Source: Syntrophales bacterium
GTDB lineage: Bacteria > Desulfobacterota > Syntrophia > Syntrophales > PHBD01
DNA length: 64,000 nucleotides
Assembly: GCA_963668175.1 (NCBI GenBank)
Contig: OY764159.1
Span: 896,001 to 960,000 of the forward strand
Reading direction: 5' to 3'
The notes under the pieces are model-generated. The model saw nothing but the letters and a program-made list of their open reading frames with translations, was not told where the DNA came from and did not search any database. A program made the translations under genes and the position numbers. Within the stretch, counting starts at the first letter, position 1. Each line of letters begins with the position of its first letter. Positions 53,272-64,000 of the stretch are shown one piece after another.

Positions 53272-55281
53272 TCAATCTTGCTCTCCGCTGAATTCCAGCA
53301 GAATAGCGTTCAACTCCCGAATCTGATCCCTTAGAGCCGCCGCTTTTTCGAACTCCAGATCGGCCGCCGCCTGTTTCATCTCGGCGGTGAGTCTGCGGAT
53401 GAGATCAGGCAGTTCTTCGGCGGATTCGTAGGGGACCTTCTCTTCCGAGACGACCGGGACCGTGAGATAATCGGCTTCGTAGATGCTGCCGAGGATGTCG
53501 CGGATATCCTTCTGGATCGTCTCTGGCGTGATATGGTTCTCTTCGTTGTAGCAGGACTGCAGCTTACGGCGCCGTTCCGTTTCCGTGACGCAGGCCTCGA
53601 TGGATTTCGTCATCTGGTCTGCGTACATCACGACCTGTCCCGAAACGTTTCTCGCGGCGCGGCCGCTCGTCTGGATGAGGGAGCGCTCGGAGCGGAGAAA
53701 TCCTTCTTTGTCGGCATCCAGTATGGCGACCAGCGACACTTCCGGGATGTCCAGGCCTTCCCGCAGCAGATTGACGCCGATCAGGACGTCGAAGACGCCG
53801 CGCCGGAGGTCCCTGATGATTTCGACGCGCTCCAGCGTCTGTACGTCCGAATGCAGATAACGCACCTTAATACCCAACTCCTGATAATAGGCTGTGAGAT
53901 TCTCCGCCATCCGCTTCGTCAGGGTCGTGACCAGGACGCGCTCCCCCTTCTCCTGCCGCTGGCGGATCGCATCGAGAAGGTCGTCGACCTGATGACGGGC
54001 CGGCTTGATCACGATTTCCGGATCCATCAACCCGGTGGGCCGGATGATCTGCTCTGCGATGCGGCCGGCCGCCTTGTCCAGCTCGAACTGCGCAGGTGTG
54101 GCCGAGACATAGATGCGCTGCTGGGGAAAGTCTTCGTACTCGTCGAACCGGAGCGGCCGGTTGTCGAGGGCGGAAGGCAGGCGGAAGCCGTGCCGCACGA
54201 GTGTCTCCTTCCGGGAACGGTCACCGCGGTACATCCCGATCAGTTGGGGGATCGTGGCATGGGATTCGTCGATGACGATCAGGGCATCCTTCGGCAGATA
54301 CTCCATCAGCGTCGGCGGCGGTTCGCCGGGCTGCCGGCCCGTCAGATGGCGCGAGTAGTTTTCGATACCCTGGCAATACCCCATCTCTTCCATCATCTCA
54401 ATATCGAACGATGTCCTCTGTTCCAGGCGCTGCGCCTCCAGCAGCATATTCCTGCCGCGCAATTCGGAGAGTCTTTCCCTCAGTTCATCACGGATATCGG
54501 TAACGGCGCGCCTCAGATTGTCTTCGGTGGTTACGTAATGGCTGCCCGGATAAACGGTCATGCTCGGAACCGTACGGATTTTCTTTCCCCGCAGGGGATC
54601 CACGATCGTCATCGACTCGATTGTATCCCCGAAGAACGCGATGCGGACCGCCATCTCCTCTTCGTAGGGAGGAAATATTTCGACGATGTCGCCGCGGGCG
54701 CGAAACGTCCCCCTGTGAAAATCGACATCGTTGCGTTCGTACTGGATTTCGACGAGCCGCTTCAGGAGGTCGTCACGGGAGATCTCCATGCCTTCCTCGA
54801 GGCGGATCGTCATGCCGTGGTAGGCCTCCGGCGAACCCAGGCCGTATATGCACGAAACGCTGGCGACAATGATGACGTCGCGGCGTTCGAACAGGGAGCG
54901 TGTCGCCGAGTGGCGCAATTTGTCGATTTCTTCGTTGATGGACGAATCTTTTTCGATATAGGTGTCGGTTGCCGGCAGGTAGGCCTCAGGCTGGTAGTAG
55001 TCGTAATAGCTGACAAAATATTCCACCGCGTTCTCCGGGAAGAGCGTCTTGAACTCCCCATAGAGCTGGGCCGCCAGGGTCTTGTTGTGGGCGATGACAA
55101 TCGCCGGCTTCTCCACGGCATGGATCAGGTTCGCGATGGTAAAGGTTTTGCCGGAGCCCGTCACGCCCAGGAGCACCTGATGGCCGTAGCCCTTTTCGAC
55201 GCCTTCCGTGAGCTTTGCGATGGCCTGCGGCTGATCGCCTTTAGGTTCGTAATCGGTAACGAGGTGGAACAGACCTGCCAT
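53272..55281 (-). CDS. uvrB: Excinuclease ABC subunit B
   Basis: [32 protein letters not shown]-terminal UVR domain. Confidence 0.97.
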   Translation of the reverse strand: MAGLFHLVTDYEPKGDQPQAIAKLTEGVEKGYGHQVLLGVTGSGKTFTIANLIHAVEKPAIVIAHNKTLAAQLYGEFKTLFPENAVEYFVSYYDYYQPEAYLPATDTYIEKDSSINEEIDKLRHSATRSLFERRDVIIVASVSCIYGLGSPEAYHGMTIRLEEGMEISRDDLLKRLVEIQYERNDVDFHRGTFRARGDIVEIFPPYEEEMAVRIAFFGDTIESMTIVDPLRGKKIRTVPSMTVYPGSHYVTTEDNLRRAVTDIRDELRERLSELRGRNMLLEAQRLEQRTSFDIEMMEEMGYCQGIENYSRHLTGRQPGEPPPTLMEYLPKDALIVIDESHATIPQLIGMYRGDRSRKETLVRHGFRLPSALDNRPLRFDEYEDFPQQRIYVSATPAQFELDKAAGRIAEQIIRPTGLMDPEIVIKPARHQVDDLLDAIRQRQEKGERVLVTTLTKRMAENLTAYYQELGIKVRYLHSDVQTLERVEIIRDLRRGVFDVLIGVNLLREGLDIPEVSLVAILDADKEGFLRSERSLIQTSGRAARNVSGQVVMYADQMTKSIEACVTETERRRKLQSCYNEENHITPETIQKDIRDILGSIYEADYLTVPVVSEEKVPYESAEELPDLIRRLTAEMKQAAADLEFEKAAALRDQIRELNAILLEFSGEQD

Positions 55282-55351
55282 GCATGTCCTTTCTTCAGCA
55301 CGGAAAATGAAAGCAGGATGAATCTTGGGGTTTTTGCAGATTGAACTTCGT

Positions 55352-56125
55352 TTAGTCCAGGATATTCGCCTTCATGAATGTCTTCTGCAGCGCATCCAGC
55401 GCATCGTATTTCGTCAAGTCGGACTGAATCGGCGTAATCGTGATCAAACCTTTTTTCAAAGCGTAGGCGTCGGAATCTTCATCTTCGCGATCGGCCAACT
55501 GGGTTTCGCCGGCAAGCCAGTAGTAAACGTTATCCCTTGGATCCATTCGCTTGTCGAAATTTTCGACCAGCCTTGCCTTGCCCTGTTTTACGACGGCTAT
55601 GCCCCTGATTTTATCGGGGGGAACAGCCGGTATGTTGACATTCAGGGCCAAAGGGCTCAACACGGGGTTCTTTGTAATGAAGAGGGCGATTTTCCGGGCG
55701 ATCCGGGCGGCAAAGGTGAAGTCCGCTTCCCGGTGGGTGTCGAGCGATACGGCCAGGGACGGCACGCCGAGAATAACGGCTTCCGTGGCGGCCGATACGG
55801 TTCCTGAATAGATGACATTGATGCCGACATTCGCCCCTCGGTTGATACCCGATACGACGAGATCGACGGAATTTTCCGTAAGCTCGTTGATTCCTATTTT
55901 GACGCAATCGGCGGGTGTGCCTGCGACCGAGTACCCGAAAAAATGTCCGTTCTTCCTGACGCGTTTGACCATGAGCGGCCGGGATATGGTAATGGCATGT
56001 CCTACGGCGCTCTGTTCGATTTCCGGAGCGACGACCAGACAGTCGGCTTCATGGCTTAGCTCGTCGTACAGGGCGCTCAATCCCCGGGCATGGACGCCGT
56101 CGTCGTTAGTGAGAAGAAAGTTCAT
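55352..56125 (-). CDS. surE: 5'/3'-nucleotidase SurE
   Basis: [27 protein letters not shown]. Confidence 0.96.
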   Translation of the reverse strand: MNFLLTNDDGVHARGLSALYDELSHEADCLVVAPEIEQSAVGHAITISRPLMVKRVRKNGHFFGYSVAGTPADCVKIGINELTENSVDLVVSGINRGANVGINVIYSGTVSAATEAVILGVPSLAVSLDTHREADFTFAARIARKIALFITKNPVLSPLALNVNIPAVPPDKIRGIAVVKQGKARLVENFDKRMDPRDNVYYWLAGETQLADREDEDSDAYALKKGLITITPIQSDLTKYDALDALQKTFMKANILD

Positions 56126-57369
56126 TATTTTGCCTGAATGATCTGTCCATCCTTGATGGTTAACGTAAAGATGCTCTTGTCCGCGCTCCGGGAATCGGCG
56201 AACGTCGTCTTCCCCGTTGCACCGCGATAGCTCCTGAGGCTGGCGAGCCTTTCCCGGAAGGCTCGCCTCGAAGCGATCTTGTAATCGAGAACGATTCTTC
56301 GCGCGATTTGAGCAGCATCATAGGCCATGGCCTCGAGCGTTCCCGGATTCCTGCCGTATGCCGTGAAAAAAAGATCCGTAAATTCGATCGCCTCCCGAAC
56401 AAAACTATTGGTTGTGAAGCTGTCCATAAAGACGGCACCCTCCAGGGCGATGTCCGCTGCGGATTCGCCCAGCTCGTCTTTGGACTTTCCGCCCATGTCA
56501 GGATGATTCCATAAATTGGTTCCGAGAAGTTTGACGCCGCGCACGTTATAGAAAGCCAGTTGAGAGGCGATCATCTTAACCCTGCCGAACGCATCGGGAA
56601 TGAACAGGGCATCGAAATCAATGGCCGGCCGGTATTCCTCGTCATCCTCCTTCGCCTCCCGGGACGTCTTCTTGCTGCGTGCCGCCGTTTTCTGGGGAGG
56701 AGCGATGGCTTTAATCTCGTCGCCGAAATCCGTCTGGTCTGTCTTGTAGGACCGGGACCGCTTGATCGTCCCTTTGTGTTTGAGGACCTCCGCCCGAAAG
56801 AGGGCGGCCATTTCCCGCCCATAGTCGTCATGGGGATTAAGCATAGCGAAGTCTTTCATGCCGAGATCGAGCATACAGTATTCGACGAGGGCGCGGATTT
56901 GCTGCTGAGGTGTCAAGGCCAGTTGGAAAACGTTGTCCCCGATCTCCGTGATACCCTCTTTTTGCGACAGGATGATGATAGGCACGCCCAGCTTCTGGGC
57001 CTCCTCTACCGCCGCGGGTGCCTCTTCGGGCGATAACAATCCGACGATCGCGATAACTTTGTGCTCGCCGGCCAACCGCGAGACCGCGGCCTTCACTCCT
57101 GCCGCTTCACTGGCGGTGTCCTCAACGAATAGCTTAAAAGGACTGCTCGCTCCCGCGCCGAAGAGGTCTAGGGAAAGAATCATGGCCTCTGCGGCCCTGT
57201 TGCCGTTTACACTGTGTTTCCCTGTGAGAGGCAGCAGGCATCCGATGGCATACGGATCCGGATTCCCCTCTGCCGGGTTCGCGGTCTGCGCTCCGACGTC
57301 GGCTCCGAAAACGAGGCATGAGAGAAAAAAAAGAAACAGAATATATGACGATCTTCGGATAATGTTCAT
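56125..57369 (-). CDS. Periplasmic-binding-fold protein, LpoA C-terminal/LppC-like
   Basis: Signal peptide, IGCLLPLTG, DFDALFIPD, LLGTNLWN, YDA, GATG. Confidence 0.75.
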   Translation of the reverse strand: MNIIRRSSYILFLFFLSCLVFGADVGAQTANPAEGNPDPYAIGCLLPLTGKHSVNGNRAAEAMILSLDLFGAGASSPFKLFVEDTASEAAGVKAAVSRLAGEHKVIAIVGLLSPEEAPAAVEEAQKLGVPIIILSQKEGITEIGDNVFQLALTPQQQIRALVEYCMLDLGMKDFAMLNPHDDYGREMAALFRAEVLKHKGTIKRSRSYKTDQTDFGDEIKAIAPPQKTAARSKKTSREAKEDDEEYRPAIDFDALFIPDAFGRVKMIASQLAFYNVRGVKLLGTNLWNHPDMGGKSKDELGESAADIALEGAVFMDSFTTNSFVREAIEFTDLFFTAYGRNPGTLEAMAYDAAQIARRIVLDYKIASRRAFRERLASLRSYRGATGKTTFADSRSADKSIFTLTIKDGQIIQAK

Positions 57370-57552
57370 TAAGCATCCGTCAAGACATGGGCATGGTTCG
57401 GTTGCCCGTTTTTCATCACTCCCGCCGTCCTATCGGCCGGCGGCCATGGCTGCGGCGATGTTCGCCTGTATCTTTATGCTTGCGGGGTCATGCAGTGTGA
57501 CCTGCCCTTCGACTACGTAACAGTATAACAAACAGAAGCGGTCTTCAATAAG

Positions 57553-57590
57553 AAAAAGCCCGGGAGTTTTCTCTGAGGAATCTCCCGGGC
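57553..57590 (-). terminator. Rho-independent terminator of dnaK
   Basis: GCCCGGGAG/CTCCCGGGC stem with A5 on the left. Confidence 0.75.
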
Positions 57591-57620
57591 ATCATGTTTT
57601 CCTTATCTATATATCGGCGG

Positions 57621-59537
57621 TTATTTGACTTCTTCGAAGTCCGCATCGACGACATCGTCGTCCTTCTTAGCGGAGCCCTGCTGCCCGGCGTGGGCGCCGC
57701 CTTGAGGGCCATCCGCCCCGGGCTGACCCGTTGCCGTTTTGGCATACATGGCTTCGGCAAGCTTGTGCGACGCCGTCGTTAATTCATCCTGGGCCTTCTT
57801 GATGGCTTCCATGTCGTCGCCTTCAATCGCTTTCTTGACCCTGCCGATGGCCTCTTCGATCCGGCCTTTTTCGGCGGCGTCTATCTTATCCCCGAACTCC
57901 TTCACGTTCTTCTCGACGCTGTATACCAGGGCGTCTGCGTGATTCCTTGCTTCGATCAATTCCTTCTTCTTCTTGTCATCGTCCGAATGGGCTTCGGCCT
58001 CTTTGACGAACTTCTTGATCTCCTCCTCCGACAGACCGCTGGAGGCCGTGATCTTGATGCTCTGCTCCTTGCCCGTGCCCAGATCCTTGGCCGAGACGTG
58101 GACGATCCCGTTGGCGTCGATGTCGAACGTCACTTCGATCTGGGGAACGCCTCGCGGGGCCGGCGGAATGCCGACCAGTTCAAAGCGTCCCAGGGTCCTG
58201 TTGTCCCCGGCCATGGAGCGCTCGCCCTGAAGGACGTGGATGCTCACCGCCGGCTGGTTGTCCGCCGCAGTCGAGAATGTCTGGCTCTTCTTCGTCGGGA
58301 TCGTCGTGTTCTTCTCGATCAGTCTGGTCATGACGCCGCCCAGCGTCTCGATCCCGAGCGACAGTGGCGTAACGTCGAGGAGCAGGACGTCTTTTACGTC
58401 GCCTGCGAGAACGCCGCCCTGAATGGCCGCACCGACGGCCACGACTTCGTCGGGATTGACGCCCTTATGGGGTTCTCTGCCGAAAATCTCCTTCACTTTC
58501 TGCTGAACACGGGGCACCCGCGTCATGCCGCCGACAAGGATGACCTCGTCGATGTCCTTGGCGCCCAAACCGGCGTCCTTGAGGGCCGTTACGCACGGCG
58601 GCACCAGTTTTTCAATGAGGTCCTCCACCAGAGACTCCATCTTGGCCCTGGTCAGTTTGATATTCAGGTGCTTGGGCCCTGAGGCGTCGGCCGTGATGAA
58701 AGGCAGATTGATATCTGTCTCCATGGCCGTCGAAAGCTCCATCTTGGCCTTTTCCGCGCCTTCTTTCAGCCGCTGCAGCGCCATCTTGTCGTTTCTCAAA
58801 TCGATTCCCTGGTCTTTCTTGAATTCCGTGACCAGGTAATCGATCAGACGCTGGTCGAAGTCCTCGCCGCCCAGGTGGGTATCGCCGTTCGTCGCCTTGA
58901 CTTCAAAAACCCCGTCGCCGATTTCCAGAATCGAGATATCGAATGTGCCGCCGCCCAAGTCGAAGACGGCGATCTTTTCGTCCTTTTTCTTATCGAGGCC
59001 GTAGGCCAGGGCCGCCGCAGTCGGTTCGTTGATGATCCTGAGGACGTTGAGTCCCGAAATCCTGCCTGCATCCTTGGTGGCCTGCCTCTGCGAGTCGTTG
59101 AAATATGCGGGAACCGTGATGACGGCATCGTTAACCTTTTGCCCGAGAAAATCCTCGGCCGTCTGTTTCATTTTCACCAGGATCATGGAGGATATCTCCG
59201 CCGGGCTGTAGTCCCTGCCGCGCAGCGTCACCTGGGCATCTCCGTTTTTGGCTTCGGTGATTTTGTACGGCGTGATCGATTTGTCGTACTGCACTTCCTT
59301 GGAACTATATTTTCTGCCGATCATACGCTTGATGGCGTAAACCGTATTTTCAGAATTGGTAATGGCCTGCCTCTTGGCTATTTGACCGACGACCCTCTCT
59401 CCGCTTTCCGTGATGGCAATCATGGAAGGAGTCGTACGATTGCCCTCCTGATTCGCTATGACAACGGGATCGCCCCCTTCCATGATCGCAACACATGAAT
59501 TGGTTGTTCCCAAGTCAATCCCTATGATCTTTCCCAT
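57621..59537 (-). CDS. dnaK: Chaperone DnaK
   Basis: [32 protein letters not shown]. Confidence 0.98.
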   Translation of the reverse strand: MGKIIGIDLGTTNSCVAIMEGGDPVVIANQEGNRTTPSMIAITESGERVVGQIAKRQAITNSENTVYAIKRMIGRKYSSKEVQYDKSITPYKITEAKNGDAQVTLRGRDYSPAEISSMILVKMKQTAEDFLGQKVNDAVITVPAYFNDSQRQATKDAGRISGLNVLRIINEPTAAALAYGLDKKKDEKIAVFDLGGGTFDISILEIGDGVFEVKATNGDTHLGGEDFDQRLIDYLVTEFKKDQGIDLRNDKMALQRLKEGAEKAKMELSTAMETDINLPFITADASGPKHLNIKLTRAKMESLVEDLIEKLVPPCVTALKDAGLGAKDIDEVILVGGMTRVPRVQQKVKEIFGREPHKGVNPDEVVAVGAAIQGGVLAGDVKDVLLLDVTPLSLGIETLGGVMTRLIEKNTTIPTKKSQTFSTAADNQPAVSIHVLQGERSMAGDNRTLGRFELVGIPPAPRGVPQIEVTFDIDANGIVHVSAKDLGTGKEQSIKITASSGLSEEEIKKFVKEAEAHSDDDKKKKELIEARNHADALVYSVEKNVKEFGDKIDAAEKGRIEEAIGRVKKAIEGDDMEAIKKAQDELTTASHKLAEAMYAKTATGQPGADGPQGGAHAGQQGSAKKDDDVVDADFEEVK

Positions 59538-59551
59538 CTCATCCTCCTTGC

Positions 59552-60175
59552 TTAGGCTTTAATCTCTATTCTTTTTCCAGATTCTTCCGCCTCTGGCTGT
59601 TTGTCTTGCCTGCTCCGCTTGCACACCGACACTTTGGCCGGCCTCAGGAGTCTGCCGTTCAGCAGATATCCCTTCTCGAACTCGCAGACGACCTTGTTGT
59701 CCTCATGCTGGTCGCTCTCCACTTTCATCATGGCTTCATGGACGTTCGGATCGAAATCCATGTCCCGGCAATCCACTTTCGTGACGCCGTACTTTTCCAG
59801 ATAACAGGCCAACTGGTTTTGTATAAGCTTCAATCCCTCCGTGAAGGCCTTGAAGTCGCTGGACGTCGCGGCATGTTCGATGGCCCTGTCCAGGCTGTCT
59901 ACCATCGGGAGGAGATCCCGCAGAAGGTTCTCGTTGCCGTACTTGATGGCCTCGCTCTTCTCCCTGACGGCCCTCTTTCTATAATTGTCCAGTTCCGCGG
60001 CTGCTCGAAGATACTTGTCGTAATGATCGGCAGCCTCTTTCTCCTTCGCCTTCAACTTATCCATGAGTTCGTCAACTGTTCCCCCCGGCCCTTCTTTGTG
60101 CATCGCTTCGTCGCTGAGCTTTTCCTGATCCGCCGGCGATCTTTCCGTCGGATCCTCTGTCGTTTTCCTAACCAT
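59552..60175 (-). CDS. grpE: Nucleotide exchange factor GrpE
   Basis: [29 protein letters not shown]. Confidence 0.96.
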   Translation of the reverse strand: MVRKTTEDPTERSPADQEKLSDEAMHKEGPGGTVDELMDKLKAKEKEAADHYDKYLRAAAELDNYRKRAVREKSEAIKYGNENLLRDLLPMVDSLDRAIEHAATSSDFKAFTEGLKLIQNQLACYLEKYGVTKVDCRDMDFDPNVHEAMMKVESDQHEDNKVVCEFEKGYLLNGRLLRPAKVSVCKRSRQDKQPEAEESGKRIEIKA

Positions 60176-60211
60176 TATTGCAGCAAAATCCCTTCTATGG
60201 CTTATTAGTCC

Positions 60212-60796
60212 CTACTTGCCGTCCGGTCTCTGGAACAGCTTGAAATCGATCATTTCGCAGATCACGTGGCCCACCGTGATATGGACTTCCTGGATACGCG
60301 GCGTATTGGTCGACGGCACAACAAGAGAATAATCCACAATCTTGGCCACGTCTCCGCCGTCCTTTCCCGTCAGGCCGATGGTCGTCATCTCCATCTTTTT
60401 CGCCATTTCCATGGCCTTGACAATGTTAGGCGACTTGCCGCTCGTACTCATTCCCCAGGCCACATCGCCCGGATGGCCGATCGCCCGTATCTGTTTGCTG
60501 AAAATTTCAGCATAGTCGTAATCGTTGGCGATACTTGTAATGACGGATGTATCGGTCGTCAAGGCAATCGCAGGGAGCGGCGGCCTTTCAATAACGAACC
60601 TGTTGACGAATTCCGCCGCCAGGTGTTGGGCATCCGCCGCGCTGCCGCCGTTCCCGAAAATCAGAATCTTGTTTCCGGCATTCAGGGCGTTGATAATGGC
60701 ATGAATGACTGTGATAATTCTCCCGAGATTTTCGTTGACGAAGGCGTCTTTAAGCCTCGCACTCTCTTTGAACGTCCTGACGATATGATCTTCCAT
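60212..60796 (-). CDS. gmhA: Phosphoheptose isomerase (GmhA/DiaA SIS family)
   Basis: GNGGSAADAQH, ND, STSG, RIQE-H-GH. Confidence 0.88.
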   Translation of the reverse strand: MEDHIVRTFKESARLKDAFVNENLGRIITVIHAIINALNAGNKILIFGNGGSAADAQHLAAEFVNRFVIERPPLPAIALTTDTSVITSIANDYDYAEIFSKQIRAIGHPGDVAWGMSTSGKSPNIVKAMEMAKKMEMTTIGLTGKDGGDVAKIVDYSLVVPSTNTPRIQEVHITVGHVICEMIDFKLFQRPDGK

Positions 60797-60826
60797 CAAT
60801 GCCACACAATGTTCTAATTTTGCGAT

Positions 60827-60855
60827 AATATATTTATCGTACCCAGTCATGTCAA
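60827..60855 (-). promoter_or_regulatory. Sigma70 promoter upstream of gmhA-grpE-dnaK
   Basis: Minus strand TTGACA-17 nt-TATATT. Confidence 0.65.
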
Positions 60856-61006
60856 GGGCAGGTGGGCATTATAATTTTCCCAGACCGGGAACGTATTGAC
60901 GGATGGCGGTTTCCACTACCGGGACGGGCTGATGGAATGATTATGCCGGTGATAAAGAGTGAATACGCAGGCATTTTGAGGTTTTGCATGTGGATACATT
61001 CCGGAA

Positions 61007-63064
61007 CTAGATGAAAAATAATTCATTCCGGTTGCGATCCTTCAATTCCGCAAGCTTTCCCTTGTTCCAGTCGGAAATGCGGCTGTAATATTGCGTGATT
61101 CGGGCAACACCGTCGACGTCCTCCGATCCGCAATGCAGGCAGGCGTCCGTAAGGCCCCGGGATGTTTGGCCGCAATGGAAACATACGGTGAATTCCGGCG
61201 AGAAAGCGAGCTGCCGGCTTTTCGTGTCCCGGAAAGCCCCGACAACCAACGCGATGAGTTTTGCCGGAGATACGGAGCGGCTTCCCAGGGAGATGAGCGT
61301 AATGGGACCGTCGCCGATCAGGGGATGGAAGGAACCCTCCCTGGCGATGCGGGCGGGGGGATCGACAGCCGCCGCTACGTCCAGGTGGGTTGAATTGCTG
61401 TAAAAGATCTCTCCCCGGCCTACGTTTCCCCTTACGTGACGGCCTGCCTCCGGAGAAAAGTACTTCAGATCGAGCCTGGCAAAACGATGCGACGTCGTCT
61501 CCGCGTGGGATTGTCCCAGGACGAATCTCATCCCGTGCCTTTCGCTCAAATCCTCGGCTTTCCGGAGCATATGCTCGATCACTTTCAGCCCGAAAGCATG
61601 TGCTTCCTCGGATTGATGTAAGGGCTTTCCCGTCATGATTCCGGCAAGTTCGTTCAGCCCTACCATACCGAAAAGGGAGACCGTCCGTTCCATACGGAAA
61701 TAAGGGTGTCCGTCCTTGTCCATCGTCATGAGCGACAGGGGCCCCTGCCCGCCGTACGAGAGGAGTCTTTCGATGAAATCCTTTTTCTGTACGTGGGCCT
61801 TGGCGGCCAGATCCATGATGTCGTCGAGCAGATTGAAAACGCTGCCTTGCCCCCTCTTCTCGCGGTAACCGAGCCTGGGGAGGTTGATCGTCACGTTGTG
61901 CAGGACGAAGGATCGCTCGGTCCAAGGAGTAGAGCGTTCCGGGCTTGCCGGCCGCTTTTCCTCCCGGCGATTCTTGCCCGAAGCAGCCGAGTCGTCGCGG
62001 TCGAAGATAAAGCAGGTATTTCCTTTTTCGGCGGCTACGGTGCCTGTTTGTTCCAGGAAAGCCTCGTGGCCCTCCGACTCGAAGAATTTTCCGGAGATAT
62101 GGACGATAGGACGCGGGAAGACGAAAGGCCTGCCCGATCCGTCGCCTTCCAGGAACACCGAAAAGATGGCTTCTGCGAACTTCCGGGCCTCGGTTTGATA
62201 ATCTCCGTAAACAAGGCCGGTCAAAACGCCGCCGGGACCGACGGCGGGAGACCCGGTAAGACCGTCGGGGATATCCCAGTAAAGATGGATGTCGGTGAAC
62301 ATCGCCTGCCCGCCCCGCGACGCGGTCAACTGGGAAAATTCGTAAATCAGCAGTTGGGCGATCTGGCGGATGTCGCCGTCGGAGAGTCCTCTCAAGTAGG
62401 GTGCGAATGAAATATTGACGGCGTCCCAGGCGATTACTCCGGCGAAATGGGCCTGAAGAACGGCGCCGAACCGCACCATGTGGGCGATCAACACCTCGGC
62501 ATGCCTCGCAGGCTTCGCTCCGGTTAGGGAATGAGGCAGGTTCAAGCCGAACTTCTTCAAATATTCGAGCGACTGGAAGGCGCTGTACGGCCTGTCGATA
62601 TAGCCGAGGCCGTGGAGATGAAAATCGCCGGCCGTGTGTGCATCCCCGACGTCCTGGGAAAAGACGTCGCGGAGGGCGTATTCTTTCTTGATGCCTTCGG
62701 CGAGGATGAGGTTCGTCCCCTCCGGACCGTGGGGCACGTTGGCATTTTCGCGGTTGCGGTGAAGGATCAACTGCCTCGTATCGTAAAGGGGAAAACCCAG
62801 CCGGGCATGCATTTTACCGGCCTTATCCAGGCCCCGCTCGATAAGTCTCGCATCAACCAGTTCCCGGATGAGGGCCGTCGTCAGCGTGCCGATGCCGGAC
62901 GCCATGATCTGCTTTTCAACCTCCCGGCTGATGGCTTGGGCCGTTTCGACGTCGATGTCCGTCTCCCGCATGAGGGCATCGACAATACGCTGCCGATTCC
63001 ATCCTGCCAGCTCCTCGCCCGATGTCCGGACAAATAGGGTTATATCGGTCGTTTCTTCCACCAT
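61007..63064 (-). CDS. nrdD: Class III ribonucleotide reductase (NrdD) homologue with ATP cone; catalytic residues apparently missing
   Basis: ATP cone, GDFHLH, SRGGQ, TINLPR, YSNS, two CxxC, WNKGK-E-DR; RITQY replaces RITGY. Confidence 0.85.
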   Translation of the reverse strand: MVEETTDITLFVRTSGEELAGWNRQRIVDALMRETDIDVETAQAISREVEKQIMASGIGTLTTALIRELVDARLIERGLDKAGKMHARLGFPLYDTRQLILHRNRENANVPHGPEGTNLILAEGIKKEYALRDVFSQDVGDAHTAGDFHLHGLGYIDRPYSAFQSLEYLKKFGLNLPHSLTGAKPARHAEVLIAHMVRFGAVLQAHFAGVIAWDAVNISFAPYLRGLSDGDIRQIAQLLIYEFSQLTASRGGQAMFTDIHLYWDIPDGLTGSPAVGPGGVLTGLVYGDYQTEARKFAEAIFSVFLEGDGSGRPFVFPRPIVHISGKFFESEGHEAFLEQTGTVAAEKGNTCFIFDRDDSAASGKNRREEKRPASPERSTPWTERSFVLHNVTINLPRLGYREKRGQGSVFNLLDDIMDLAAKAHVQKKDFIERLLSYGGQGPLSLMTMDKDGHPYFRMERTVSLFGMVGLNELAGIMTGKPLHQSEEAHAFGLKVIEHMLRKAEDLSERHGMRFVLGQSHAETTSHRFARLDLKYFSPEAGRHVRGNVGRGEIFYSNSTHLDVAAAVDPPARIAREGSFHPLIGDGPITLISLGSRSVSPAKLIALVVGAFRDTKSRQLAFSPEFTVCFHCGQTSRGLTDACLHCGSEDVDGVARITQYYSRISDWNKGKLAELKDRNRNELFFI

Positions 63065-63147
63065 CTCCCGTCCTTTGCTTCCCTCAATTGCGACATGCTT
63101 TATAATATAAGGACGAAAAGATCAAATAGGGAAAGGCATTTCCCTTC

Positions 63148-63176
63148 TTGACAGACCCCCATGGTTAACCTATATT
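63148..63176 (+). promoter_or_regulatory. Sigma70 promoter of the SPFH gene
   Basis: TTGACA-17 nt-TATATT about 40 nt before ATG. Confidence 0.65.
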
Positions 63177-63216
63177 GCCATACAATGTCATAACATTGGG
63201 AGGTTCAGGTGCAGGC

Positions 63217-64000
63217 ATGGGAATGAACAATACCGTATTTCTTGAGGTTATCGAGTGGTTTGATCAGACAGGGCAGGAAATGGTCCACCGGATTCCCGAA
63301 GAGGGGTCCGGGGAAATAAAATGGGGAGCCCAGTTAACCGTCCGGGAGAGCCAGGCGGCCGTCTTCTTTTATAACGGCAAGGCTTACGACGCCATCGGTC
63401 CCGGAAGGCATACCCTGAAAACCGCGAACATCCCCTTGATCACGAAAATCCTGAGCATCCCCTGGGGCATGACGAGTCCGCTCCGGGCGGAGGTCTATTT
63501 CACCAATATGAAGGTCTTTCCCAACCTCAAGTGGGGAACCAGGGACCCGGTCGCCTTCCGGGACAAGGAGCTCGGCGTCATACGTCTGCGGGCCTTTGGA
63601 ATATTCAATATCGCCATCGTCCAGCCCGTCCTTCTCATCAACAGCCTGGTCGGAACCCAGGGCGTTTTTAAGACCGCGGATATCGAAGAGTATTTGAACC
63701 GGGTCATCGTTTCCCGTTTCAACGACTTCATGGGGGAGCATGTCGATACGATCTTCAACCTCCCGTCCAAATACGAAGAGATGTCTGCGGGCCTCAAAGC
63801 GGCCCTCAAGGACGACCTGAGCCATTTCGGCCTGGCTTTGACGGACCTGTATATCAATTCCATTACGCCTCCCCCCGAAGTACAGAAAGCCATCGACGAC
63901 AAGAGCAAACTGGGCATGTTCGACGATCTCAATAAGTTGCTCAAAATGAAAGCGGCCATGGCCCTGGAGACCGCCGCCCAGGCGCAGAATACGGCCGGGG
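63217..64000 (+). CDS. SPFH/band-7 domain protein (YdjI-like), truncated by window end
   Basis: Hand translation MGMNNTVFLEVIEWFD...GAQLTVRESQAAVF..GPGRHTLKTANIP...KWGT; absent from the ORF track because no stop lies in the window. Confidence 0.82.
   Translation, partial: MGMNNTVFLEVIEWFDQTGQEMVHRIPEEGSGEIKWGAQLTVRESQAAVFFYNGKAYDAIGPGRHTLKTANIPLITKILSIPWGMTSPLRAEVYFTNMKVFPNLKWGTRDPVAFRDKELGVIRLRAFGIFNIAIVQPVLLINSLVGTQGVFKTADIEEYLNRVIVSRFNDFMGEHVDTIFNLPSKYEEMSAGLKAALKDDLSHFGLALTDLYINSITPPPEVQKAIDDKSKLGMFDDLNKLLKMKAAMALETAAQAQNTAG

Noticed and set aside
53533..55344. 603-aa antisense ORF
   Set aside because: Shadow of uvrB
63160..63182. NrdR box near nrdD
   Set aside because: Weak single match, better explained as the -10 element of the divergent SPFH promoter
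63334..63959. Minus-strand ORFs at the window end
   Set aside because: Shadows of the plus-strand SPFH gene, which runs off the window

Overview
Chromosomal window of an anaerobic, GC-rich bacterium. Gene content suggests a Syntrophales-like Desulfobacterota member; this is an inference, not a database result. Most of it is housekeeping: ispE-tRNA-Gln-prs-rplY-pth-hppA, htpX-clpB, dapF-dapL, moaC, ilvE, lolA, uvrB, surE, gmhA-grpE-dnaK and tRNA-fMet. There is also an accessory metabolic block at about 3-16 kb and an RND efflux triad. The most striking element is a compact minus-strand five-gene cluster, fabH-acp-phaC-fabG-fabD (10946-15779). It places a PHA synthase among type II fatty-acid initiation genes with its own ACP and no thiolase, suggesting an ACP/malonyl-fed polyester pathway. 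Other notable signals: an intact class III ribonucleotide reductase homologue lacking its glycyl-radical Gly and catalytic Cys (candidate pseudoenzyme); a 1247-aa GlmS-like protein with an apparent propeptide beside a GlmU-like protein lacking the uridyltransferase domain; a DacZ-type diadenylate cyclase; a degenerate YchF paralogue; a DnaA-box-like cluster; and a structured leader before the RND operon. No CRISPR array, integrase or transposase was seen. All family calls come from motif recognition by eye.
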